DNA of 53,365 nucleotides from Prorocentrum cordatum (Eukaryota), in the NCBI GenBank assembly GCA_963575745.1, contig CAUYUJ010000323.1:62001-115365 (forward strand). The letters run 5' to 3'. This document shows positions 24,217-35,772 of this stretch, piece after piece. The notes under the pieces were generated by a model, which worked only from the letters and a program-made list of their open reading frames with translations, made no database searches and was not told the origin of the DNA. The stretch's first letter is position 1; each line of letters starts with the position of its first letter. Position numbers and translations under genes: made by a program.

Positions 24217-24499
24217 CGGACGCGTGTCATAGCCGACCTGCGATCCCCACAGAGTGACCGTTTTGTGTTATGCGCAGTCGGAAGAGGTAGTTGCGTGCAC
24301 TGGAAGAGAGGTGGTGGCGGGTGAGCAGGACGATGAGCGGGAGGAAGAGGACGAGGACGAACAGCATCAGCAGGAACTAAAGCAGAGGAATCGTGAGGAA
24401 CAAGATAACCAAGGGAAGGCGGAGGAGGGAAAACGAAGGGGGCGACAACGGTAAAGAAAGACTCGGATTCGGAAAAGTGGCCCGCGCTGGGGCGAGACG

Positions 24500-24564
<65 letters not shown>

Positions 24565-24869
24565 GGACTGGAGTGGAAAGAGCGGAGGAACAGGAGGACC
24601 AGGGGAAGGCAGAACATGGGAAATGAAGTGGGGACCACAGTGAAGCAAGACTCGGATCCAGTAAAGTGGCCAGCGCTGGGGCGAGAGCGCCACTCTGAAC
24701 GCCAGGGGCAAAGCGCCGATCCGAAGATTGAGCCCACGCTGCAGCGGGAGCACAACTCTGAACAACCGAAGGCAGTCGAACGGTAACAGCCCAGAGTAAC
24801 TGTCAAGTTTTGAAATCTTGTGTGGGCAGGAGGGAGAGTAGTACTCGTTTTGCTTAATTTTGCGGGAAC

Positions 24870-25340
24870 CAGGAGGGGGAGCAGAGGAGAAGGGTGAGGA
24901 GGAGGACGAGGAGGAGGGAGAGGAGGAGGAGGAGGAGGAGGAGGAGGAGGAGGAGGAGGAGGAGGAGGGGGAAGGAGGAGGATGAGGAAGAGGAAGAGGA
25001 GGATGAGGAGAAGGAGTAGTGGCAAGGATGAGAAGGTTGAGAAAGTCGAAGGAGTGGGGATGAGAAGGTGGAGAAGGGCGGAGCAGGGACAAGGAGGAAA
25101 AGCAGGATGAGAAGGTGGAGGAGGGCTCGGTCCAGGAGGAGGGGAAGGCAGAGGAGTGGCAGACGGAGGATAGCCAGGACGTTGAGGAGGGGGATGAGGA
25201 AGAAGAGGAGGGGAGAAGGAGGAGCAACCAGAGAAGGAGGGTGAAGAACAGGAGCAAAGAGAACAAGGTGAGGGAAGAGGCACAAGAGGAGTAGGAATAG
25301 AAATAGAAAGATCATGGATGAGGAGGAGGAGGAGGAAGGC
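24870..25340. repeat. Purine-rich (GAG)n tract; (CAG)n at ~24505-24563
   Basis: Direct reading. Confidence 0.9.
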
Positions 25341-25812
25341 GATAAGAAATAAAGAAACAAGGTTGCTGCCATGGGCACGCCCACGACTACCACAAGTGAC
25401 TGGACGAAATCGTTTCTATGAGCCGAAGAGAACGACTACCCATAGGTGGATGACCGCAACGCAATATATTGCCCTTCCTGACGTATGCATTGCGCACCCC
25501 ACTATCGGCGGTCATGGCCTGGTCGACGAGAGAGCGGTCCCACGTCAGCCACCGCCTCGTCGGTCGCGTCTGTTTCCTCTTGGGCGCCCAGGGCGGTAGA
25601 TGCCGCCAGAGCTTCGTCGGTCGTACGTGCTTTCCTCTGGGCGCCCAGGACGGCAGATCTCGCCACGCGGGGGGTGCCAGGCAAGCACGCCCCGTGGAAC
25701 GGCAAGGTGCCGCAAGACCACGGCGGGCGCAGCGGGGGGCCATGAGAGCAGCTCTGAGCAGTTCCGGACTGGCCGTGATGCCGCGGCCTTGGGACAACCG
25801 CTTCCCAGGATG

Positions 25813-26009
25813 CTCGGGTCGGGCGAAAGGGGGGGATTGGGAAAGGGGGGGTTACGAAATTTGCTGCATGCAGCTGGTTTCGGCCTCACCGAGGGGCCCA
25901 TCCCTCGATACATAGCCGCCTCTGGCGCCGGGAGGCGCCAGGAAAATCAGCTACGTGAGCTGATTCTCAACCCCCCCCTTTGCTATCCCCCCCTTTCGCC
26001 CGACCCGAG
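25813..26009. mobile_element. MITE family C (197 bp, ~40-bp TIRs, 3-bp ATG duplication)
   Basis: CTCGGGTCGGGCGAAAGGGGGGGAT... / ...ATCCCCCCCTTTCGCCCGACCCGAG; ATG at 25810-25812 and 26010-26012. Confidence 0.85.
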
Positions 26010-26230
26010 ATGCCCGCTCAAGGTGCACGCCTCCGCGAAAGCAGCCGCAGGCTTCTTTTCGCGGCGCGGCAGCGCCCCCTGACCCCCGTTCTCGACGTTC
26101 GCGCCGAAATCGACGACTGCATTTTTGGTTCGGATCCCAGGGGGCCGCGTTGCGCGCGTCGCTGGACACTGAAGCGGGGGGGCGAGGGAGTTGGATAACA
26201 GCTTGCGTTTACTTTCGCGGAGGGTTGTAG

Positions 26231-26303
26231 GCACGCTTTCTTCTGGTGGAGCAGAAGGAGGGCTTCGATACAGTCCAAGACCTCCAACAAGTGCGGCCAC
26301 CAG
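26231..26303 (+). CDS. Candidate exon (ARFLLVEQKEGFDTVQDLQQVRPP-G)
   Basis: TAG|G acceptor, AG|GC donor, ends in phase 1 and joins in frame to 26721. Confidence 0.45.
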
Positions 26304-26343
26304 GCGGGCATGCCCACCTGTACTTGAAACTGGCTTGAATCTA

Positions 26344-26518
26344 CAGCCGGGGCGCTGAAGAAGGAACCCTTTTCGTTGGGTAGGGGCTCGGTGTTCCTTG
26401 ATCGTTTTGCAGTTTGCCCCACGTTTCCCTTGTGTTTTCGAAGGGAATCGAAGTTCAACTTCTGGAGAAAAGGGGCCTCGTTCCTTATTTAGGGTTCCTT
26501 AGTTCAACGCCCCGACTG
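26344..26518. mobile_element. MITE family A copy 2 (175 bp, CAG...CTG ends, TA on both sides)
   Basis: TA|CAGCCGGGGCGCTGAAGAAGGAACCCT ... AGGGTTCCTTAGTTCAACGCCCCGACTG|TA. Confidence 0.88.
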
Positions 26519-26720
26519 TACTTGAAACTGGCTCGAATCCAGCCCATGTGGCGCACAGTGCGGTCAGGAACTTCGGCTTGGCGTGTCGCTCCGCCGCTTC
26601 TGGCCCAACAGGCTTCGGCATGACGCGCTGCCCACTTCCCAGCCCGTGGAGCACACGCGTGTGCGCAGTCACAGCGACGCCCTGCTGCGGGCGGGGGTTG
26701 AGAGGGACGAAGGGTAGCAG

Positions 26721-26827
26721 GTGTGAAGAATGCAGCCTCTCTGCCCCTACAACGGATGGACCTATACACCCAAATTGCGGTGGAAGTGCGTTTTTCAAAG
26801 ATTCCACCCCTAACGAGCCTTATGGGG
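26721..26827 (+). CDS. Candidate exon (VKNAASLPLQRMDLYTQIAVEVRFSKIPPLTSLMG)
   Basis: CAG|G acceptor, phase-1 start matches the previous candidate; GT donor at 26828 or TGA at 26840. Confidence 0.45.
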
Positions 26828-26922
26828 GTGTTCCGGCAATGAGCATTTTCAGTCGAAGTCGCACCTATCGAAGCCAGCATTTAGCATTTGCATGCGGACC
26901 TGCAGCGTGATGAATAGCACGG

Positions 26923-26944
26923 TCCGTTGACATTTTGGCTCTAG
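26923..26944 (+). other. Degenerate DinoSL relic (19/22)
   Basis: TCCGTTGACATTTTGGCTCTAG vs TCCGTAGCCATTTTGGCTCAAG; 101 nt before the gag-like ATG at 27046. Confidence 0.75.
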
Positions 26945-27045
26945 GATCTAGGATAGGCGTGTGGTCGCACGCTTGTAAGCAGGGGGGCCTGTGACGTCAA
27001 GATAACTGTATTTGCGTTGCGCTGGCTGCCATAGCGGCCGCTGCG

Positions 27046-30000
27046 ATGGAGGCGCTGATGGCGGATTTCGTCGAGGCGCGGAAGTTCGCCAACATCAGGG
27101 AGGACATCTGGACAAAGGTCGCTACGAGCCTCGGGGAGCCATATCTTGCCGACATGAAGCTCCTCGCGGACGTGGACGTGGGCGACTACATCCAGGCGGT
27201 GCCGTGGCGACCGCAGAGGGCGGTGGCCTGGTGCGTGCAATGCTGGTGCTGCTCTTCAGCGTGACTCGGCATTTGGCTGGGCTGCCGCTGGTCAGCGGGT
27301 CCGAGGCCTCGCAGCAGGCGTCTGGAGGCAGCCCGTAGGCTGGCGCGTCTGCACCGCCCGGCCCTGCGAAGCCGCCAGCGATCTCCACGACCGGGTCCGG
27401 GATCGGGGCGATCGGGTCGGCGACGGGCCCCGTCCTCCGCGGGAGGGGCTGCCTTGGCCAAGAGCCCAGGCTCACGGAGACGGCCCCTCGAGGAGGCCGA
27501 CCTGGAGGAGATGCGGGGCCGGTGGCTGGCCATCAACTGGCTGCCACTGCCCCGTGAGCTGGCGCCGACGGGTCACCGGCTCTCCATGCTCAGGCGGATC
27601 GCGGACGCAGAGCCGAGCCCTCTGGCACGCGGCATGGCGATCCGGGGGGCCGAGCGGCGGCCGCCGCGAGCGGCACCCCATGCCGACGATGCACCACACG
27701 AGCGTGCAAGGAGAGCTCCGCGCGAGGTGCCGGGGCCGTCCTGCCTCGACGACTGGCTGGCGGCGTGGGAGTTCGCCGTGCCCACGCTGGTGATGGCCGA
27801 CGTGGTGGGGCGCGGCGTCGCCGATGCTTGCGCCAGGAACTTCTGGCGGTTTGCAGAGTTCCGCCCTCAGTCATGGCGGGCGGCCGCGATGGCCGAGTGT
27901 GAGTGGCGATTAGAGTTCGTGCTGGACGGGTTTCGGCGGCAGCGGGCCTTTCACAAGGGCTCTCCCAAGCCGAGCACGTTTCAGCTGGAGCGCCCGTACA
28001 ACTCGGTACTTGTTGGCCGCCGTTGAGGGCGTCGAGGGCACGGCCTTCTGGGACCAGCACCTCGAAGAGAATGCGGCAAGCTGGGAGAAAGTCGGGCACG
28101 CTGCGCGGACGCCGTCGTGGACACGTCGGCAAGAGATCCTTGTCACCCTGGTGCCGCAAGATACGGGCGCTGGCTTCCCCGCCGCCGCAGCGGGGTCCGC
28201 GGCGACGCCGCGTGGGATGGGCAAAAAGGCCCCGAAGCGGAAGACAGCTGCGGCCAGTGGACGCGGCTCAGTCAGGGCAGGGAGGCGCCAAGAAGATGCG
28301 GGGCAGCACAGGGTGGATCACCTGGGTCAACCAGAGGCGAGAGGACGGCCGGTTCCGCCGCGCAGAGAACGGCTCGGACATAGTTTTCGAGTGGAGCCGG
28401 AACGAAGGGTGCACGACGCCATGCAGCGGCCAACCGCCAAGAGTTGCGAATGGTGCCGCCGGCCGCATCGTAGCATCGAATGCAAGATCAATCCGGGGTA
28501 GAAGCCAAACGCTAAAGGCAAGGGTTGCGGCAAGGACAAGGGAGACAAGACAAAGGGCAAGCACATGCGAGGCCGATCCCTGACTTGCACAGGCGAGGAA
28601 TGAGCGGCGAGTGTAGGAGCGGAGGCATCATGTCACGTCGACAGTAGCCCAGTTCCGGAATGCTCTGCAGTGCGGCTGGAGGTCCCCGCGCCGCGTCTCA
28701 GTGAACCTTGCTCGTCTTCCGCACTCAGTGGCGCTCTTCGGGATCGCGCCCAGCCGCGCCCAGGCCGCCCCCGCGGGAGTCCGCGGCCAGGAGGCGCGGC
28801 ACCCGCTGCCAGGCTGCTCGCCGCGCCGAGGGCCCGCCGCCAGTCATGGGGCGAGCGGCTGGGCGCGCGACGCTTGCAGGGGCCTCCGAAGGGCCCAGAC
28901 GCTTTGACTGATGCATCGACGCCGCAGCAGCCCTTCGGTCAGCGCTCCGTCGAGATGGTCATCGGCGCCGCGGGAATGTCCACGGAGGTCTGGAAAGTCG
29001 CCGCCGCAGTTGGCGCTCTTTGCATGAAGGGCCCCGGTCGCGCGCGGGCTGGCGGTTCTGATGCGTTGTCGTCGCCGGTTTTCCGCGACCTCGTTCGGCG
29101 GGGATCCGCCGCCGCAGATATCGCCAGGGTCCACTTCGCACCACCATGCCGTACTTTCTCGCGAGCTCGACGGCGTAGCCTGCGTCCCCGGGCGGTCGTG
29201 TTGCGGAGCGTGGAGCAGCCTCGCGGTTCTGGCGCGCGGCCAAGCCGGCTTTTGTGCGTCACGGAGGACAGCGCCTTGGCCGCCCGCGCGGCGCGCGTTG
29301 CGAAGGTGCAGATCCGGGCCAGCAGCTTCTACTCCATTGAGGGCCCATGAGAGGTTGCTGATGCGAGAGTTCGAGGAGTATGGTTGCTCGCGTTGTTGCC
29401 TGGCGTCTTCGTCGTCAACAGGGACCAGCGTTGCTTCGGGAGCCAGTGCCGCAGGGGCGAACGGGATGCCGAACGCCCCATGGCGCAGGCAGCTCGGCGC
29501 GCGATGCCCAGGGCCGCCAGTGCATCCGCCTCGCCTCCCCTTGGAAAGGCTCGCGGCTAGGCCGGGGCTTCGCCGCGCTGCCAGATCGTGCTGGCCGCGC
29601 AGTACCCGCGGGACTTGTGCGATGCAGTGGCTACGGCTTGCGAGGCAGATCGATCGCCGCCGCCGTCGATGGCGACGGGGGCCTCTGGCCTCCTACGAGC
29701 ACGGCGCCCGCGACTCGCTGCGGGCGCACGGCCGGAAGGCCGAGCGGGGCCTGCCAACAAGAAGGCGGCGGGCGGATTGAGGGACCCGCACCTGTCGGGG
29801 GCCCGCGCCCTTGGGCGGCGCGGCGTCGGCGGGGGCGCGCGAGCTGCCCTGGCGCCCATCATCGCTGGCAGACACGGGGCAGCGCTGCCAGTGGTCCGCC
29901 GCGCGGTCGTGGACCTCCTGTGGACGGAGCAGAGCGCGGGCTTCCCAGCAGCAGTGGCGGAGCGCGCCCGCAGAGCCCTGGCGGCGTTGCCGGCCAACCG

Positions 30001-31640
30001 CGCCGCGCCGATCGCCGTCGCCCCTTCTGGCCTACAGGCGCACCTCCTGACGGCCGCGCTGACGGCGGCGGGCGACCCGGGCGTCGTGCTCGGGCAGTAG
30101 GCCGCCAGAGCAATGCCCATGGGAATTGATCAGGACAGTCCTGTCGGCGGCGTCCTCCCGGCCATTGACAGGCCGCGCGCGCGCGGGGATGGCTCGTGCC
30201 GAGCCGGCATCGTGGCCTGCTGCATGGATTTTTCACAACTACGCCTCTACGAGGAATGCGCGGCCGAAGCCGATGCCGCCTAGGAGATAGAGTTGGGCGC
30301 TGGATACTTGGTCTGGCGGGAGATAGTGGAGGAGCGGGAGGAGTGCGCTGGAAATGCTACCTGTCGGAGGTTGCCGTGCTGGCAAATCTGACAGCGCCCG
30401 GGAAGCTGAAGATCCGGCTCATCCATGACCTCCGCCGCAGCGGCGCCAATTCCCTGGCGAGAATCCCAGAGTGGGTGGTGTTGCCCAGGCTTTACGACGC
30501 CGCGCAGCCCCGCAGGATGGCTGGGTGCGCTGCCCTGCGCCGCGACTGGCTGGCCTTCCTAGTCATGGATTTCACGGACGCCATCAAGCAGCTCCGCACT
30601 GGAGGAACGCTACCTCTGCGGGGCGGCGGGCGTTAGCAGCAAGTGGGGCTTCTCCCAGTACCGCACGGTGTATGGGCACATCTCGGGGCCGCTGTGGGGC
30701 AGGGATGCAGCGGCGTCGATGCGGGCGTCTGCGGCCGTGGTGCCCGCTCCGGAATCAGATTTGCAGCGTTGCGTCGACGATCTGTTGGTCTCATCGTCGG
30801 TAGGCCAGAGGAGCGCTCGCTGGCCGTCTCGACGCTGCTCCTCGCGCGGGCGCGGGCGAAGGACAATTACGGCGAGTCGGCCACGCGGCTCGGCGCGGAT
30901 GCGACATGCGCCTTGAAGGGCGACTGCGCCCACGCCGCCCTCATCGCCATAGCAGAGGACCGGGCCGAGAAGCGCCTCGGCGGGGCCCGGCGCCTTGTCG
31001 CGCAACTGCCGATCCATCGCCGCGACCTGACGGCGTTCGCGGGGCCGGCGTCTGGCGCGGGCTCCGTCGCTCCAGCCCTCCGAGGTTTCGCCCAGATAAC
31101 CCGGGCTGCAGCGTCGGCTCCGCCGGCGGCCGGCGAGGTCGGCAGAGATCGCCCTTCGGCGCGAAATGGTCTTTCGGACTTTACTTCGGATCATTCGCTT
31201 CTCCTGCCGAGGGCCTTTTACGTCGACGATCGCTGCGCCGGCAGCGCGCGGTTCTCCCGCGACGGCGGCAAGCGCTACCATTGTTTTTGCTATGTCGTTT
31301 GGGACGCCAGCGGCGACATCGCCACGGGCGTCCTCTCAAGGAGGATCCAGGCTCCCAGCCGCTATCGGAGGCCGACGCCCTCCTGCTGACAATCACCACA
31401 TGGGCCATGCTCATCGACGATGCCGACGGCCAGTTGGGGCCCCGCGGCGATGCTTTCGGCGCCCCGCAGAGCGTCGCGTGCAGGAAGGCGAGGCATCGGC
31501 TCCCCAATGCCATCGCCATCGAGGCGCAACTGGAGCTCCGGGCCAGCATTGGAGACCTGACAGCCGCCCACTACCGGTCACAGGATAGCGACGTGGCCGA
31601 CGACCTTTCCAGGGCGGGCGAAGATTCCGCCATCCCGTAG
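27046..31640 (+). mobile_element. Decayed DIRS-like retrotransposon: gag-like, cytosine methyltransferase, RT, RNase H
   Basis: Gag: EVPGPSCLDDWLAAW, CEWCRRPHRSIEC (28445-28483). DNMT motifs at 28949-29632. RT: KIRLIHDLRRSG (30409), VVLPR, MDFTDA, SGPLWGR, LQRCVDD (30761). RNaseH: RGDAFGA, DVADDLSR (31590). Confidence 0.85.
28949..29632 (+). pseudogene. C5-cytosine DNA methyltransferase domain remnant
   Basis: Motif I-like VEMVIGAAGMS, catalytic HFAPPCRTFSRAR (PC at 29144-29149), SIEGP (ENP-like), DQRCFG, AAQYPRDLCDAVA, in the expected order. Confidence 0.8.
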
Positions 31641-31880
31641 GACCGTCAAGGCACTGTGCCCTCGCGGCCAGTCCGCCGCCAGCCTCGGGCATTCCTCGGG
31701 GGCGGTCGCCCTGGAGGTCGCGCCCAGGGGCATCGTCGCTAGCATGGCAGCGCTGGCGCGGGGGAGGATCGCGCTGTGGGTGTCGCTCCAGGTGCAGGCG
31801 CACGGGCATTTTAGGCTGCCGGCGGGCAGCATGGGCATTCGGCGAGCGCTGCTGGAGTTTGGCTTCGCGTCTGCAGTGGC

Positions 31881-32011
31881 CTTGGTATCGCTCGGACGTG
31901 CGCATTTTTTCTCGACGAGGACCCTGGAGGAACATCTTGGATCATCGGGCAAACAAAAGCACGCACGAAACCCAAACATGCACAGGGAGTGGACGTCCGA
32001 GCGATGGCAAG
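31881..32011. mobile_element. MITE family B copy 2 (~130 bp, 19-bp TIRs)
   Basis: CTTGGTATCGCTCGGACGT ... ACGTCCGAGCGATGGCAAG (17/19 complementary). Confidence 0.85.
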
Positions 32012-34755
32012 CCCTGGCGCTGGATGGAATGATTCAGCAGCGAGGGGCATGGTAGTTCTCGTCGCCGCCCTGGGCATGGTCGCGCCCCGAATTCCGGCCG
32101 CGCTGCGCGCACCGGCCGGCTCTCCCTCCCGCCCCTCTGCTGGTTGGCAGGGCGCCTCGCCCGTTTCATGGTGTTGCCGCGTGGGGTTGGTCGGGCCCGC
32201 GTGGATCGGCCGTGCTGCGCGAGCCAGCCTTTCCCCCTCCCACCTCCCCCTGCTGGTCGGCGGGGCGCCCGTGCCCTTTTGCCTCGAGCATCGGGCGGCG
32301 CCCGATCCAGCAGCCGCAGCCGATTTGCATGCCTCCTGCATGCCTTCTGGGCCTGGCCATGATACCTGCGGCCACCGCGAGGCATCGCGCATCAGTCAAG
32401 GCCCTGGCCGTGCCGGCGCAGGCGGGGGGGCAGTGATGACGGCGGCGAGGATCGCGCGATGGCGCCAGGTTCCGCCCTCGGGCGGGCGTGCGCCAGGGCT
32501 GCTGTGACGGCGGTTGAAGTGCGAGTTCGCAGAGCCGAGCTGGAGGGCGCTTGCGAGGGCCCGGCAGCTGGCCGGCCTGGTGTCGCGTCTCGCTAGCAGG
32601 CGCCCGCGCTCGCCAGGGCGAATTTGGAATAACTTGTGAAGAGGTACTGGGCGGGAGCCTTTGTTGTTGTTGTAGTTCGTGGTCCAACAACCCAGTCCGG
32701 TCCAAGTTTTCCATAATCAAAAAATGCGCGAGCACCGGAGGGTGGCATCAACAATACTTATTTAGAAATGAGAATTCAACAAGCAGAGTCCGCGCCGCGA
32801 AGTCCCATTTCAGTCACGCACCCAGGGACCGTGAATGACCGTTCGCCCCCCTCAGTCTGATCATTGCTGTGCACTGCCAGCAGTGCCTGCTCATTGGCTG
32901 CTCGCTCTTGCCCAGCGCTGCTGGGCTGATCCAAAAAATTGTGTCCTTGTTGTTCAGTGCTGCTGCTCATTGCTGTGCACGGCTGGTCATTGATGTTCAT
33001 TGCGTGTTCCTTGATGACAGACCTGCTCAATGCTGACCACTAATGCCCACTGTTCGTTGCCGAACCTTCGCCTTGGTATCCGGCGAGGAGACGACGACGC
33101 CGACGACCAACGACCGACCACCGACCGACTTTCCTCTCCCCCGACGACGACGACGAATACGACGGCGATGACGACGACGATGACCAAAACCACGACGCGG
33201 ATCACGAGAAGAAACACATGAGGAGGAGGAAGAGGAGGAGGAGGAGGAGGAGGAGGAGGAGGAGTAGGAGGAGGAGAAGGAGGAGGAGGAGTGGGGGGCG
33301 AGGTGGCGGGTGGTCCACCTTGAAACACAAGCAGAGGAGAGTCCACGAGTACCTTTGAAGGGTGCCATGGGGGATGGTGATGGCGGTGGTAGTGGTGTTT
33401 GCGGGGGGCTAACAAAAGAACAAACAATAATCGAGGATTTGGGCGATCCCGTTTTTTTGTTGTATTATTTGTTGGTGCCCTCCCTCAAAGGCAAAACAGA
33501 AGGAATCGGTGTCATAACCTCCACGGAGGGATTCGAGCCCCGTCCCTCCCCCACTCCCTCCCCAGGCTACACGTGGCGCGCTCGCCTTGACACTGGGACC
33601 CTTGAACCACTCCGATTACTGTACGACTAGTACTTGAGTGCCACTGGTACTAGCAGTTCTGTCGTCGACGCTATTCCGAAGTAACTGGTTTGAGTTGTTT
33701 GTCTTCTTCGTTGTTTGTCGGAGTTGGTTTGTGTGGGTCGAGTGGTGTCGCTTGCGTTCGATGACGCTGGTAAGTGCACAGGCATGTGATGTTCTACTCT
33801 GGTTCTTCTTGAAGACAGGCTTAGTGGTAATCAACCTGCACCACAGTAGAACAAGCTATTGCAGTAACTGCAAATGTGCGAATGAAATATTAGCGCAACT
33901 ACTTGTACAGCACTGCTGCATTACATTTGCAAACTGGGCTCTAGCGCTTTCTCTCCTCTGGTTGCGCCAGGGGGAGGTTCAACCCCGCGCGCGAGCACCC
34001 CCCGGCTTAGAGTTAGTTCCTCTTCCGAAGTTTTGAGAATGATGAGGAAACCCCGTGCTCGAACCCCTCGCCAGGGATTTTTCTTTCCGCGGGAACCTGA
34101 CCCCTCGGGCTCTCCGGCGCGCCTCAGAAGTTATTTCTTTCCGGATGGGCCCCCACGGGTCCTACGGTTGAGTCGTCCGGGTGATTTGTTTTAGCCCTCC
34201 ATTTCCGCCTTCTCTTCTTTGCCCGTTGTGTTCAATCGCCAGGCCCCCGCGAAGGTTGCATAGCGGCTGCATCTGCTTTCCCACGTGGCTCTCAGAGCTA
34301 GCAAGTAGAAGGGGGTGTTTGCAAGTAGTACCCCCCTCCCCCCCGAGGTTCTGCGAAAGTAAGATCAAGGGATCTTGAACTGGATGGGTGAGAGCGATCG
34401 GGCTTCTCCTCCCCTCCATCCCTTGTCCCTCCCTCTCCCCCTGTTCCTCCCTCCCTCCTCCCTGTTCCCTGCTCCCTGTTCCCTCTCCTCCCTCTCCTCC
34501 TCCTCCTCCTTGCTCCCTGCTCCTCCCTGTTCCATCCTCCCTCTCCCCCTGTTCCTCCCCCCCTCCTCCCTCTCCTCCTCTTCCCCCTACCCCTCCTCCC
34601 TGTTCCCTGCTCCTCCCCCCCCTCCCCTTCCCCCTCCTTCACCTCGGAGCCCCCGTGCCGCTTGGCCGCCCCCCGGACCACCACCCTAGAGTCCCCCGGC
34701 TTCGTTCTGCTGGCAGGCTTCTGCATGTTTCAGGGGTGGTCAGACCTTCGGCCAC

Positions 34756-34910
34756 GCGCAGAGGGGGGCAGGGGGAGTGGGGAAGGCTTCTTAGAAGCAC
34801 CCCTGCTTCTTAGAAGGCGCGGTCCTTATGTATAGATGTAAGGCCGCCGCCTTCTAAGAAGCAGCCTCCTTCTAAGAAGCCTTCCCCCCTCCCTCCACCC
34901 CCTTTTGCGC
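34756..34910. mobile_element. Near-palindromic hairpin element (~155 bp)
   Basis: GGGGAAGGCTTCTTAGAAG..CTGCTTCTTAGAAGGCG / CGCCTTCTAAGAAGCAG..CTTCTAAGAAGCCTTCCCC. Confidence 0.8.
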
Positions 34911-35772
34911 GCCGCCAAGACCTCCTACCCTGACGCGTCGAATCGTGAATTGGCCGTTTTCGGTTCGCGAGCGGGCGTCGCGGCCGTCACTTTTGCGGGT
35001 GCAGGTCCGTCGGTTTCGGTCCTGGGCCGTGGTCACTGAAGGGACGTTTACCAAAGGGGAGGTTTGTCCACCGCCGAATGGTTTGCGTGAGCGTCCCTCC
35101 TCCTCCACCCTCCGCGGCCGCGCTCCGCCTGGATCCCCCCCTCTTGCCGCCCGACGCGTGGTGCCTTCCACAGCCCAGCTCGCTAGAGCGCGCGTGCGCA
35201 TCGCCTGAAGCCGCGCTGCGGCGTGGGAAGTATCTCTGAGCGTGTGCGCGATTACGTCGGAGCCGCCGCCAATGCTGCCGCATCTGCCAATCGCCGCCCG
35301 CGCTCGCGAGGGGTGGCGGTGCCGCGCATTTCGTTGCCAGCTTTGCATCTCTTTCGTCGGTGCTATCTTCGCCCTCGCCATGTCAATAGCCACTGTCCTT
35401 GGTCGCCGTCATCTTGGCCCAAGCCCGTGCTCGGAAAGCCTACCTGGCTTCCTTTGGCAGCAGGAGCGCACTATTCACAACTTTTCGGCGTAACTACACC
35501 TACTAAACAATGGAAGCTCCTGGGGGTGCCGGCACCACCCTGGCCACCCTCGGCGGCCATGGCGAGGCCATCCTCTTGACGATCGTGACTCTGGTGGTGC
35601 TGCGCGTCGAATTGGTCCGGCGCTACGGCGACGTGGGCGCCGGCCCACTCGAGGTTGGAGGAGGAGGAGGAGGAGGAGGAGGAGGAGGTTGAGGAGGAGG
35701 AAGCAGAAGAAGAAGAAGAAGAAGGCGAGGTGGGAGAATCAGCAAAAACAGAGCAGGAGGTGGGAGGAGGAG

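Noticed and set aside
31640..32550. Tyrosine recombinase of the DIRS-like element
   Set aside because: No R...HxxR...Y motif recognised by eye in any frame; needs an HMM check
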